From contig CAWBKP010000014.1 in NCBI GenBank assembly GCA_963789395.1, positions 288,001 through 352,000 of the forward strand: a stretch of 64,000 nt of DNA, read 5' to 3'. The DNA is from an uncultured delta proteobacterium. Its GTDB lineage: Bacteria > Desulfobacterota > Desulfobacteria > Desulfobacterales > Desulfatirhabdiaceae. A program made the position numbers and the translations under genes. The notes beneath the pieces are model-generated. The model made no database searches. It was not told where the DNA came from and was given only the letters and a program-made list of their open reading frames with translations. Shown here piece by piece: positions 28,425 through 38,195 of the stretch (positions are counted from its first letter, which is position 1; each line of letters starts with the position of its first letter).

Positions 28425-29201
28425 TCAGTGAGCACCTTTTGCGCCTTTGAAGAGCACACCGGTTAAAAGCCCCGCCACCAGCGCGATCAAGGTGGCCAGA
28501 ATGCCATACATCGCCCCATGATCGAATGCAAGCAGGGACAGAATTTTGGGGAAGCTTTCCAGCGCCACCGTCATGGATTGCTCATAGCTGGCGACGATTT
28601 TTCCATTTTGAACCATGTAGGCTTCAACCTTGTAGACTCCCGGATGAAGTTTCGGGGGAATGGCTATCTGCGCTTCGAATTTTTTCCGGCCATCCGCAAG
28701 CGGTGTATACTGAACCGTATCGCTGACCCCATAAATGCCTTCTTTTTGTTTCAGTTTCAATAGCTCTTTTACCAACTCCCCGCCATCTCCTGAATTCGGA
28801 CTGACGGCGATTTTCTCTTCCAGAGCCGTCAGTCCGAGCTGCCTGACAGGAGCGTCTTTCTGCAGGGTCTTTGACATATCCTCGAGATTCCGGGGCGTAT
28901 AGAGCAAAAACGCTTCCGGTACGGATTCAAATGTCACGGTATCGCGGTTCATCCAGAGCAGCCCCAGGACTTTCCCTTTTTTTTTCATTCGGAGTTCAGC
29001 CGTTTTGCCGATCATCCGGACAACAACGTCACTGTCCTTGGGAAGGGTTCCGTTTATGGAAACCCGGGTTCCGTTGTAAAATGTCCCGATGGATATCCGG
29101 TCCGGAAACGGAGAGACCTGAAGCGGCTCCTCGGCTTTCAGCAGCGGCGCCTGTGTCAGAAACAGTAAAACCATGATTATTCCGGCATATTTTCTTGTCA
29201 T
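28425..29201 (-). CDS. Conserved TauE-associated membrane-anchored protein (TIGR02186-like)
   Basis: Signal peptide, KKGKVLGLLWMN motif, C-terminal TM; directly follows tauE. Confidence 0.8.
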   Translation of the reverse strand: MTRKYAGIIMVLLFLTQAPLLKAEEPLQVSPFPDRISIGTFYNGTRVSINGTLPKDSDVVVRMIGKTAELRMKKKGKVLGLLWMNRDTVTFESVPEAFLLYTPRNLEDMSKTLQKDAPVRQLGLTALEEKIAVSPNSGDGGELVKELLKLKQKEGIYGVSDTVQYTPLADGRKKFEAQIAIPPKLHPGVYKVEAYMVQNGKIVASYEQSMTVALESFPKILSLLAFDHGAMYGILATLIALVAGLLTGVLFKGAKGAH

Positions 29202-30136
29202 TTAATGTCCTCCGATATACGCCAGCAGGATGTTCGGGGTGAGCAGCAGGCCAAACAGCATTTTGACCATCACGACCAGCACCAGGGATGCCAGAAGAAT
29301 TTTCAATTGATCGGCTTTGAGTTTTTTGCTGATCTTTACGCCGAACTGGGCGCCGATCGTTGAACCCAGCAGCAGCAGCAGGGCCAGGACAAAATCGACC
29401 GTGTGATTGCTGTATGCCTGCATGATGGTCACATTCACACAGGTAAATAAAATCTGGAAAAGGCTGGTGCCGACCACAACATGCATGGGCATGCGCAGCA
29501 GATACACCATGACGGGAACCATGATAAACCCGCCGCCGACCCCCATAATGGCCGAAAGCACGCCGACGAAAACGCCAAGAATCAAGGGCATCAGGACAGA
29601 GAGCTGAACGCCTGATTTTTCGAACTGAATCTGCCAGGGCAGCGCCTGAACGATTCGGGCGTAAGTTGAGGGTTTGCCGGAGGCAAGCCGGAGGTTTTTT
29701 ATGCCGGGATCCTCAGGGACTGAAGGCTTTCCTGAAACATGTAAATGCCGATAAAGCCCAGCATCAGTACATAGGTGACGGAAATCAGAAAATCAGCACT
29801 GCCCAGGCGGTTGAGAACCTTAATAAGCTGAACACCGCCGGTTCCGCCGATAACGCCACCGACCAGGAGCAACAGCCCCATTTTGACATCCACATTGCCC
29901 ATGCGAAAATGGGCAATCGTTCCTGCCGTGGAAGCCCCCACGATCTGATTGGAATCCGAAGCCGCAGCCACCGTGGGGGGTATCCCGATCATAATCAGCA
30001 GCGGGGTCATCAGAAAGCCGCCGCCCACGCCAAAAATGCCCGATAAGAGACCGACAATGCCGCCCATTCCAAAAACCAGCAGAATGTTCACGCTGTTGCC
30101 TGCTATCGGCAGATAAAGATGCCAGGGTAGAGTCAT
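29202..30136 (-). CDS. TauE/SafE family transporter (about 311 aa, one frameshift near 29710)
   Basis: LYLPIAG, GIFGVGGGFLMTP and AIMGVGGGFIMVP halves lie in different frames and join with one added base. Confidence 0.88.
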
Positions 30137-30140
30137 TATG

Positions 30141-30617
30141 TCATTTCCTCCTTGTTAGTGGTTCTTTCCGGCGCACCAACTCGATGGCGCAGCGGACGTT
30201 TTGACGGATAGCATAAAGCGTTTTTTTGAATTCCACGGAATTTTCAGAATCACCCTGCGGCAGACCGAGAATCAGCAGCGTGATTTTCTTCTCCGCGACA
30301 AACCGGATGACTTCTTCTTCAAAATTCCCTTTTGCAATGTAATAATGCACGTTCACCCCATTGGACCGGGCTTTTTCAATCATCAATTCGAGATGTTTTA
30401 TTGCCGCATCTTCCAGTCCGATGAGGGCGTCTGTCGTGAAAGCCGCTGGTTTTCGATACAAAACCAGTAAAATATGGAGATTGGCTTGGATTCGCTCCGC
30501 CAGATGTATGGCCCGATATACCGCCGCCAGAAAACCGCCTGTCTCGCCCTGAGTTAAGAGGGGAAACAGGTTCTCAGCATCCTGCCGGATGTCCATGCTC
30601 ACCAGTATATGTTCCAT
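30141..30617 (-). CDS. USP-like protein
   Basis: MEHILVSMD, GNFEEEVIRF, ITLLILG. Confidence 0.75.
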   Translation of the reverse strand: MEHILVSMDIRQDAENLFPLLTQGETGGFLAAVYRAIHLAERIQANLHILLVLYRKPAAFTTDALIGLEDAAIKHLELMIEKARSNGVNVHYYIAKGNFEEEVIRFVAEKKITLLILGLPQGDSENSVEFKKTLYAIRQNVRCAIELVRRKEPLTRRK

Positions 30618-30663
30618 CCACGTGTGTTCCCTTTCCCAAAAGCGATGTCAGATACTTTCTGTA

Positions 30664-30679
30664 ATCAAAATTGATGCCA
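30664..30679 (-). promoter_or_regulatory. Sigma-54 promoter (-12 GA variant)
   Basis: TGGCAT-CAATT-TTGAT, 47 nt upstream of 30617, with an AT-rich tract upstream (30685-30728). Confidence 0.65.
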
Positions 30680-30776
30680 ACGCATAAATTTAATCGTAAT
30701 AAATTGAATTAATTTATTTAAATTATAAGAGAGGAGGAATACAGCTGTGCACAGGGGTGATATCGGCAGCTCTGAT

Positions 30777-30860
30777 GTTTCAGTTTGGAACATTTTACAT
30801 CATGAAAAGGAGAAAAACTTTGTAGAACTGCGGGGGCAACCAGCGTTTCACATTGGAACA
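30777..30860. promoter_or_regulatory. Two putative enhancer (EBP) sites GTTnCAnnTTGnAACA
   Basis: GTTTCAGTTTGGAACA (30777-30792) and GTTTCACATTGGAACA (30845-30860). Confidence 0.65.
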
Positions 30861-30935
30861 CGATTCAGAGCGTTGATCCGTCACCTTCATCTCAAGGCGA
30901 ATTGCCAAGATTTCAGCGAAAGAATCCCTGAAAAT

Positions 30936-32318
30936 TCAGGAAAGTAAATACTCGGGATCGATGCCGTATTCCTTGAGCCGTCGCCACAGCGTTGTGCGGG
31001 GAAGGCCCAGGATTTTTGCGGTCAGATGGCGGTTGTAGTTGGTTCTTTGAAGGATTGTGGTAATATAGCGTTTTTCCATTTCTTCCAGGGTTTCCATCTC
31101 CAGGGTTTCAAAGGTTTTAAAATCGAGATTCTGAAGATCCGGCGGCAGGTCGATCACCTGAATGCGGCTCTGGTCGGTCAGGGCGACCGCCCGCTCGATG
31201 ATATTTTTCAGCTCGCGGATATTTCCCGGAAAGTCATAATGCATCAGAATCTCCAGCGCCTGCGAGGAAAGCCCTTTGACTTTTTTTCCAAAGACCTTGT
31301 TAAAATTGTCTATAAAATGTGAGATCAGCAACGGGATGTCATCCCGGCGCTCGGCCAGCGTCGGAAGCTGGATGTTGACGACATTCAGCCGATAAAAGAG
31401 GTCTTCGCGGAAGTTTCCGGCTTCGACTTCTTTTTTCAAATCCCGGTTCGTGGCGGCGACAATGCGGATATCCAGGTCTATCGGGCGTATGCCCCCGACC
31501 CTGAAAATGCGCTTTTCCTGAATGACATGAAGCAGCTTCACCTGCATGGAGTGCGGCATTTCGCCGATTTCATCCAGAAATACCGTGCCGCCCGCGCCCG
31601 ATTCGATCAAACCGATCTGTGCGGTCGAAGCCCCGGTGAACGCCCCTTTTTCATGCCCGAAAAGCTCGCTGCTGATGAGCTCTTCGGTGAATCCCCCGCA
31701 GTTAAACGATACAAAGAGAGAATTTTTCCGGTGACTCAACGCGTGGATGGCGCGGGCCACCAGTTCCTTGCCCGTACCGCTTCTTCCCTGAATCAGTACG
31801 TTGCAGTCCACAGCCGCCACTTTTCGCGTTATGGCGAAAACCGCCTGCATGGCGCTGCTGGTTCCCACGATGCTGGTCAGGGAATCCCTTTGGGCAATGG
31901 CCTCCCGGAGACTCTGATTTTCGGATTGCAGCCGGATTTTTTCGATGGCGTTTTTGGCAAGCAGCCGGATTTCATCCAGCTTGAGGGGCTTGACGCTGTA
32001 ATGATAGGCGCCTTTTTTTATGGCTTCGATGGCCGAATCGATTGAGCTGTATCCAGTGATAACGATAACTTCCGTATCCGGGCAGAGTTTTTTGACCCGT
32101 TCCAGAACCGTCATGCCGTCTACGTCCGGCATTTTCAGGTCCGTGAAAACCAGATGGAATCCTTTGGTGGCCAGCTGCTGGAAAAAAGGTTCGGCCGCGG
32201 TGAAGGCTTCGACATCGCAAGGACAATCGCGCATTTCATCCCCGGCCTTTTCCAGGGCTTTTTTCAGTCGGCTGCCGACAATTCGCTCATCATCGATGAC
32301 TGCAATGCGAATTCTCAT
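30936..32318 (-). CDS. Sigma-54-dependent response regulator
   Basis: REC, GRSGTGKE, GAFTGA, FPGNIREL, HTH; TGATG coupling to the upstream kinase. Confidence 0.97.
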   Translation of the reverse strand: MRIRIAVIDDERIVGSRLKKALEKAGDEMRDCPCDVEAFTAAEPFFQQLATKGFHLVFTDLKMPDVDGMTVLERVKKLCPDTEVIVITGYSSIDSAIEAIKKGAYHYSVKPLKLDEIRLLAKNAIEKIRLQSENQSLREAIAQRDSLTSIVGTSSAMQAVFAITRKVAAVDCNVLIQGRSGTGKELVARAIHALSHRKNSLFVSFNCGGFTEELISSELFGHEKGAFTGASTAQIGLIESGAGGTVFLDEIGEMPHSMQVKLLHVIQEKRIFRVGGIRPIDLDIRIVAATNRDLKKEVEAGNFREDLFYRLNVVNIQLPTLAERRDDIPLLISHFIDNFNKVFGKKVKGLSSQALEILMHYDFPGNIRELKNIIERAVALTDQSRIQVIDLPPDLQNLDFKTFETLEMETLEEMEKRYITTILQRTNYNRHLTAKILGLPRTTLWRRLKEYGIDPEYLLS

Positions 32319-33739
32319 CAAACGTCTCCGCTCGCATCCGGAACCGGCAGATAAACCGAAAACATCGTGCCGGCATCAACCTGGCTTTGAACTTCAACAA
32401 ATCCGCCATGCTTTTTAACCAGTGCATACGTTACCGCCAATCCCAGTCCCGTGCCCCGTCCAACCGCCTTTGTGGTGTAAAACGGCTCAAAAATATGTTC
32501 CAGGTCTTCCGGTTTGATGCCGACACCCGTGTCCTGAACCGTGATTTTAACGTACCCGTCAGGCGTGCGGGATGCGTTTACCCGGATGGACCCGCCGGCC
32601 GGCATTGCCTGGATGGCGTTAATAAAAAGATTTAAAAATACCTGCTCCAAATTGCGAAAATTGCCCTTTACGCTGGGTATATCCTGAGCAAAATCGGTTT
32701 CGACGCCAATGCCGGAAAGCATGATCTGGTTTTTTACCAGTTTCAATGCTTTTTGAATCACCTCAATCGGGTTCAGGACTGTAAACGAGGGCATCTCGTT
32801 TCGTGAAAAATCCAGCAGGTTTTTGATGATGTCTCCGGCACGTTCCGCCTGGCTCAGTATATCCGAGAGCATTTCCCTGCCTTCGGCTTCGGCAAGTGTG
32901 CCGTATTCTTCCAGAATCGATTCAGCCGTCAGGTGGATATTGTTGATCGGGTTGTTCAATTCATGGGCGATGCCGGCGGTGAACGTACCGATGGCCGCAA
33001 TTTTCCGGGACTGTACCAGCTGATCCTGTTTGGACTCCAGTTCCCCCGCCATCCGGTTAAAGGCATAAATCAGCATGGAAATTTCATCCTTGGCGTTTTC
33101 TTCATAGGGGATGGGACTGAGATCTCCCTGAGCGACCCGCTCGATGGTTCGGCGAATCAAGGCCAGGGGTTCGAGGATTCTTTGAAATAGCAGTTGTGCA
33201 ATCAGAATGGAAAGCAAGACAAAAATCGCCAGAAACATAAGCGGCAGACCCAGTATGCCGGCAAGCGCCAGATGGATTCGTTCCCGCTTGAGAGAAAGCA
33301 GTTTTTCAGCAAAGTCGCCGATGGCTTTTCCCTTCAGACGGATGGCTTCATCCTGCTTTTCGGTCACACTGCTGCCCTGCTGGGATACAAAAATTTCGAT
33401 CATGGATTTGTAATCCTTCAGGTCCTGTTGAAACCGGTGATATTCCGCTCCGGCGACCCGTTCGATATCCTTATCCATATTGGCCGAAATTTCAATGGCT
33501 TTATTGATATAGACGAGGTTTTCATCCAGACTGCGCCGGTCGTGATAAAATAGAAAATTCTTCTCATACCGGCGCGCTTCCAGAATGTTGTTGAACATGT
33601 CCTCGAAAAACTCGCTGATCGTAACTTTCTGCTGAATGGTCTCGATGCTCCACCAGTCAAAAATGGTCAGTGCGCCCACACATGTCAGAAAAATCGCAAA
33701 ACCCGTGATGATTTTTCCCCGGATTGTCATGGATTTCAA
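32318..33739 (-). CDS. Sensor histidine kinase (HAMP)
   Basis: ILEARRYEKNF periplasmic motif, AHELNNP H-box, FEPFYTTK, GTGLGL. Confidence 0.95.
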   Translation of the reverse strand: MKSMTIRGKIITGFAIFLTCVGALTIFDWWSIETIQQKVTISEFFEDMFNNILEARRYEKNFLFYHDRRSLDENLVYINKAIEISANMDKDIERVAGAEYHRFQQDLKDYKSMIEIFVSQQGSSVTEKQDEAIRLKGKAIGDFAEKLLSLKRERIHLALAGILGLPLMFLAIFVLLSILIAQLLFQRILEPLALIRRTIERVAQGDLSPIPYEENAKDEISMLIYAFNRMAGELESKQDQLVQSRKIAAIGTFTAGIAHELNNPINNIHLTAESILEEYGTLAEAEGREMLSDILSQAERAGDIIKNLLDFSRNEMPSFTVLNPIEVIQKALKLVKNQIMLSGIGVETDFAQDIPSVKGNFRNLEQVFLNLFINAIQAMPAGGSIRVNASRTPDGYVKITVQDTGVGIKPEDLEHIFEPFYTTKAVGRGTGLGLAVTYALVKKHGGFVEVQSQVDAGTMFSVYLPVPDASGDV

Positions 33740-33754
33740 TTGAACACCTCCTGC

Positions 33755-35764
33755 TTACACAATGACCCGCTCAACGATCGATTTGATATCATCCGCCAGC
33801 AGCACTTCGATGCCTTCACAGGATTCGGGCTCCAGATTGCTTACATCCACGGCGTTTCGCCTGGGGAAAATGACAACCTTGATGCCGGCCCGCTGGGCAG
33901 CCAGAATTTTTTCACGAACCCCGCTGATCGGCAGAATGCGGCCGTTCAATGTCAGCTCTCCGGTCATGGCCACATCCCGGCGGGCTGGTCTTTGCGTCAG
34001 CAGCGAAATCAGCGCCAGCGCAATGGTAATTCCGGCTGAAGGCCCGTCTTTAGGGATGGCGCCGCAGGGAAAGTGGATGTGAATGTCGGCATCCTTGAAA
34101 AAATCCGGCTGAATCCCGAAATCCTCCCCATGACTCCGCAGAAAGCTGAGCGCCGTCTGGGCCGACTCCTGCAGGACGTTTCCCAGGGACCCGGTTAAAA
34201 TGAGCTGCTGGCTGCCTTTCATCCGGGTCGCTTCCACGAAAATGATTTCTCCGCCCAGTTCAGACCACACCAGTCCGGTTGTCACCCCCACCTGATTTTC
34301 AGTTTCAGCCATTTCATGGGCATATTTGCGCGGCCCCAGGAGCTGTTCAACCAGGCTGTCTTCCACATTCACCACACAGGTGTTGTCCGGGCTGTCCAGG
34401 CAAATCCGGGCCAGTTTCCGGCATACATTGGCAAATTCGCGTTCCAGGTTGCGAAGACCTGCCTCCTGGGTGTAATCGCGGATAATCCGGGAGATGGCGC
34501 TTTCCGAAAAAGCCAGCCGATCGTGAGATAATCCGTGATTTCTGAGCTGCCTGGGAATGATATGATTTTTGGCGATGACCCGTTTTTCGGTTTCCGTGTA
34601 TCCGGCAAACTGGATGATTTCGAGCCGGTCCAGCAACGGCGCGGGAATTTTCTCCACCATATTGGCGGTAGCTATAAACATGACCGAGCTCAGATCGAAC
34701 GGCAGATCCAGATAATGATCCACAAACTGGGCGTTTTGCTCCGGATCCAGGATCTCCAGCAGCACAGAGGCCGGATCTCCCCTGAAGTCCTGCCCGATTT
34801 TATCCAGCTCATCCAGCATGAAAACCGGATTTTTGACGCCGACGCGTTTGATCTCGTTGATAACGCGTCCGGCCATGGCACCGACATAGGTGCGCCGGTG
34901 TCCCCTCAGTTCGGCTTCATCCCGGAAGCCGGCCAGAGAAAGCCGGATGAATTTGCGCTCCAATGCCTCGGCAACGGCTTTTCCGATGGATGTTTTGCCC
35001 GTCCCCGGAGGGCCCGCAAAACAAAGAATCGGACTTCGGGTCATGAGTTTGTGCTTTTTCTTCTCGAGAATCTGACGGACGGTTGCCCGCAGTTCATCCA
35101 GGTTGATCGGCTTGGGCAGATAATGGGCCACTCCTTTTTTCAGCGCGTCAACGGCCGAGCTGACCGTGGCAAAACCGGTAATCATAACGATATCGGTATG
35201 AGGTGATATGCGTTTTGCAGATTCCACAAGCTGCATGCCGTCCATTTTTTCCATTTTCAAATCCGTAAGGATCAGATCGAATTCACTGGACATGATTTTT
35301 TCCAGGGCATCCGCCCCGTTGACTGCGGTTGATACGTGATAGCCTTCTTTTTTTAAAATGTATTCCAGGTTGGTGCGTGCAATGTCTTCATCATCCACAA
35401 CCAGCACGTGGAACGACCGGACATTAAAAAGAATTCTCACAGCCAGAAATTCCAGGATCCGGTCTTTGACATGCGCCAGACCATGATGCTGGGACGTAAG
35501 TATTTCTTCAGCGCGCTTGATATCCAGATTGTCGTCCGTGGACTGAGTCCAGGGCAGTGAAATCAGAAATTCGATATAAGTCAGTCCGATTGCATATTCG
35601 GGAACCGATGGATCGGTTTTTTCCAGGCGATCCAGTTCCTTCATCGCGATCCAGGCAACATTCTCGGGCAGCTGTTTTTTTATCGAAGCACGAAGCTGGC
35701 TCAGTTCCGATTCCGGAGCGATTTGCTCGTCTTCCGGTTTTTCAAATTTCTTGAAAAAAATCAT
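33755..35764 (-). CDS. Lon (S16) protease lacking the N-domain, with a receiver domain inserted in the AAA+ module
   Basis: GPPGTGKT, LDE, GHRRTYVGA, DGPSAG (catalytic Ser), GVREK (Lys); REC (VVDDE/TDLKM/ITG/KP) at about 35060-35420. Confidence 0.93.
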   Translation of the reverse strand: MIFFKKFEKPEDEQIAPESELSQLRASIKKQLPENVAWIAMKELDRLEKTDPSVPEYAIGLTYIEFLISLPWTQSTDDNLDIKRAEEILTSQHHGLAHVKDRILEFLAVRILFNVRSFHVLVVDDEDIARTNLEYILKKEGYHVSTAVNGADALEKIMSSEFDLILTDLKMEKMDGMQLVESAKRISPHTDIVMITGFATVSSAVDALKKGVAHYLPKPINLDELRATVRQILEKKKHKLMTRSPILCFAGPPGTGKTSIGKAVAEALERKFIRLSLAGFRDEAELRGHRRTYVGAMAGRVINEIKRVGVKNPVFMLDELDKIGQDFRGDPASVLLEILDPEQNAQFVDHYLDLPFDLSSVMFIATANMVEKIPAPLLDRLEIIQFAGYTETEKRVIAKNHIIPRQLRNHGLSHDRLAFSESAISRIIRDYTQEAGLRNLEREFANVCRKLARICLDSPDNTCVVNVEDSLVEQLLGPRKYAHEMAETENQVGVTTGLVWSELGGEIIFVEATRMKGSQQLILTGSLGNVLQESAQTALSFLRSHGEDFGIQPDFFKDADIHIHFPCGAIPKDGPSAGITIALALISLLTQRPARRDVAMTGELTLNGRILPISGVREKILAAQRAGIKVVIFPRRNAVDVSNLEPESCEGIEVLLADDIKSIVERVIV

Positions 35765-35778
35765 TCCTCTCCCCTTTC

Positions 35779-35880
35779 GTTGCATATTGAAACATGGGCG
35801 GTTTTTTTTGTAACAGAAAATAACTGGATGAATTTATTATAAAAATAAATTTTTCTTAAAAAGCGTTACATATTGCAACA
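35779..35880. promoter_or_regulatory. Two putative enhancer sites GTTnCAnnTTGnAACA
   Basis: GTTGCATATTGAAACA (35779-35794) and GTTACATATTGCAACA (35865-35880). Confidence 0.65.
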
Positions 35881-35958
35881 TCTATCACGTTTACAGCATA
35901 TCGGGCAAAACAATTTTATTATCAACAATATCAGAACAATAAGTCAATATTGCACCTT

Positions 35959-35974
35959 TGGCACCATTCTTGAA
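35959..35974 (+). promoter_or_regulatory. Sigma-54 promoter (-12 GA variant)
   Basis: TGGCAC-CATTC-TTGAA upstream of 36043. Confidence 0.7.
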
Positions 35975-36042
35975 TAAGTCATAAATAAAAGATTTGATGC
36001 AACCGCCACTTATCCATAACAGATCAAATCGGAAATAATCAA

Positions 36043-36831
36043 ATGTTATCCTATCAAGGCAATGAGACAGTGGAAACAGAGCGGCGCAAAATTCTGGTGA
36101 TTGGAAAATCTGACTGCCTGAATGATGCGCTTTCGGGCTATGCCATTCAACTGGCACAGCGCCTGAAATATGATCTTTTTGTCGTCAGCGTCATGCCACA
36201 TGCCGCAGTATCTACTTCAGCCGTTTCCGTGGCAGTGGGCGCCCATTATCTTCATGCACTGGAACTACTCAATGACTTCAGGCAGAAAGCAGCCGCCAAG
36301 GATGTCCGATGCGATCACGTCATTCAGTACGGAGAAATCGCATCTGTTACAGATGATGTCATGCATACCATCAAGCGGATTGAGTTTGTCGTGACGGATT
36401 CTGAATATACCAAAACACTAATATCGGAAGATGTGACCATACCGGTCTTCAGTTTATCAACAAACCAGCTTCATCCGGAGGGAAAACCTATGACCAGAGA
36501 AACCAAACAACAGCGAAACAGTGAAATCAAAAAGACAATCGGTTACGGAATGATTACAGCAGCCCTGTATGGCTGTGTGTTCTGGAATGCGGATAAGGTC
36601 ATGAGCTATTTTACCAAAGGCGGCTTTTATGCCGCGCTGCCGGTAGCGACCGTTTTTGTTTTTTCATTCGCACACGGGTCATTTGCCAGCAATCTCTGGT
36701 CCTTGATGGGGATCAAACCCATGAAAAAAGATACGCTGCAGCCTACGGTCGGCAAAACCGTCACCCAGACCAAAAAGGTCCAAAAAAGACCGCGCGCCTA
36801 CGCTTATGTCAACCCGTTTCACAAAATTTAA
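36043..36831 (+). CDS. USP-like domain fused to a small two-TM membrane domain
   Basis: KILVIG...YAIQLAQRL USP-like N-half; C-half with AALPVATVFVFSFAHGSF; internal GGAGG-ATG at 36490. Confidence 0.75.
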   Translation: MLSYQGNETVETERRKILVIGKSDCLNDALSGYAIQLAQRLKYDLFVVSVMPHAAVSTSAVSVAVGAHYLHALELLNDFRQKAAAKDVRCDHVIQYGEIASVTDDVMHTIKRIEFVVTDSEYTKTLISEDVTIPVFSLSTNQLHPEGKPMTRETKQQRNSEIKKTIGYGMITAALYGCVFWNADKVMSYFTKGGFYAALPVATVFVFSFAHGSFASNLWSLMGIKPMKKDTLQPTVGKTVTQTKKVQKRPRAYAYVNPFHKI

Positions 36832-37016
36832 AGGTGATTTCGTTGCCGTGAGATTTTTACGAATTTCACGGCAACATCTGGGCACTGCAGCATGAAATCC
36901 CCCTCGGTTTTTCAGAGGGGAGAACAGATGTTGTCAGTATAGCGCCCGATGACGTAAAAATCAGTATTTTCACGTTTGCCATCACAGAGCATTACAAACA
37001 CATAAGGAGTGTTTTG

Positions 37017-38072
37017 ATGAACTTAGACGCCGTTCAATTTATCGATCTCACTATTGTTAACATTTCTTTTCTGTTTTTTGTCGGATTCATCGGTGGCCTG
37101 GTCAGCGGTTTTATCGGCTCCGGCGGCGCGTTTGTTCTGACCCCCGGCATGATGAGCCTGGGCGTACCCGGCACGGTGGCCGTGGCCAGCAACATGTGCC
37201 ATAAATTCCCCAAAGCCATGATCGGGGCCTTTAAACGATTCAAATACGGCCAGGTGGACATCAAACTGGGTCTTTATATGGCGGCATCTGCCGGAGTCGG
37301 GGTTCAGATCGGCATCAAAATCCAGCAATTGATTCTGGAAAAATACGGCCAGGTCGGATCGAATCTCTATGTCAGCCTGTCTTTTGTGGCCATTCTGGTC
37401 ATTGTCGGCGGCTATGTGTTTTATGATGCAATGAAAGGATCTTCTTCGGACGGACCGGAAAAGACGTCTTCAATCGCAAAAAAACTTCAGTCCATCAATC
37501 TGCCGCCAATGATCCACTTCAAGCGCGCCAATCTGACCATCTCCTTCTGGTTTACGATTCCGGTGGGACTTGCGACCGGCATGCTGGCGGCAACCATTGC
37601 CGTGGGCGGATTTATCGGTGTTCCCGGCATGATCTACATTGTCGGCGTTTCCAGCATTATCGCCTCGGCCACGGAGCTGGTAATTGCCTTTGTCATGGGA
37701 TTTGCAGGAACCGTCAACTGGGCCATGCACGGCATGGTCGACATCCGTCTCGTTCTGATCATTCTGGGCGGATCGCTTTTCGGGGTTCAGCTTGGCGCCA
37801 TCGGCACGACGTATGTCAAAGAAAGCATGATTAAAATCGTGATGAGTGTATTGATGCTGATGGTGGCGGTAAGCCGCCTGCTTGCCCTGCCGAAATACCT
37901 CGTTGAATTGAATGTCCTGTCGTACGAACCCTCAACCGTTCTTATTCTGGATCGGACCAGTTTTGTGTGCATGTGTTTGGCCCTGCTGACGGGCGCCGTC
38001 ATTATACTGGCCAGTATGTGGAAAGGACGCAAGCCTGCCGTTTCTCTGAAGCAAAATTTAGGCAAAGCTTGA
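37017..38072 (+). CDS. TauE/SafE family transporter
   Basis: SGFIGSGGAFVLTP and ATIAVGGFIGVP halves; AAGGAG RBS. Confidence 0.9.
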   Translation: MNLDAVQFIDLTIVNISFLFFVGFIGGLVSGFIGSGGAFVLTPGMMSLGVPGTVAVASNMCHKFPKAMIGAFKRFKYGQVDIKLGLYMAASAGVGVQIGIKIQQLILEKYGQVGSNLYVSLSFVAILVIVGGYVFYDAMKGSSSDGPEKTSSIAKKLQSINLPPMIHFKRANLTISFWFTIPVGLATGMLAATIAVGGFIGVPGMIYIVGVSSIIASATELVIAFVMGFAGTVNWAMHGMVDIRLVLIILGGSLFGVQLGAIGTTYVKESMIKIVMSVLMLMVAVSRLLALPKYLVELNVLSYEPSTVLILDRTSFVCMCLALLTGAVIILASMWKGRKPAVSLKQNLGKA

Positions 38073-38119
38073 AAAAATCTATCTGAAGTTCTATAATCAG
38101 ATTGCGTTGTTTTTTATTT

Positions 38120-38166
38120 AGCCGCTGGTTCCCAGGCAGGAATTTGGGATCCAGCGGCTTGTTTTT
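38120..38166 (+). terminator. Intrinsic terminator-like hairpin
   Basis: AGCCGCTGGTTCCCA/TGGGATCCAGCGGCT stem followed by TGTTTTT. Confidence 0.65.
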
Positions 38167-38195
38167 ATTCACTTCAATACAAAGGTTACTTTTAT

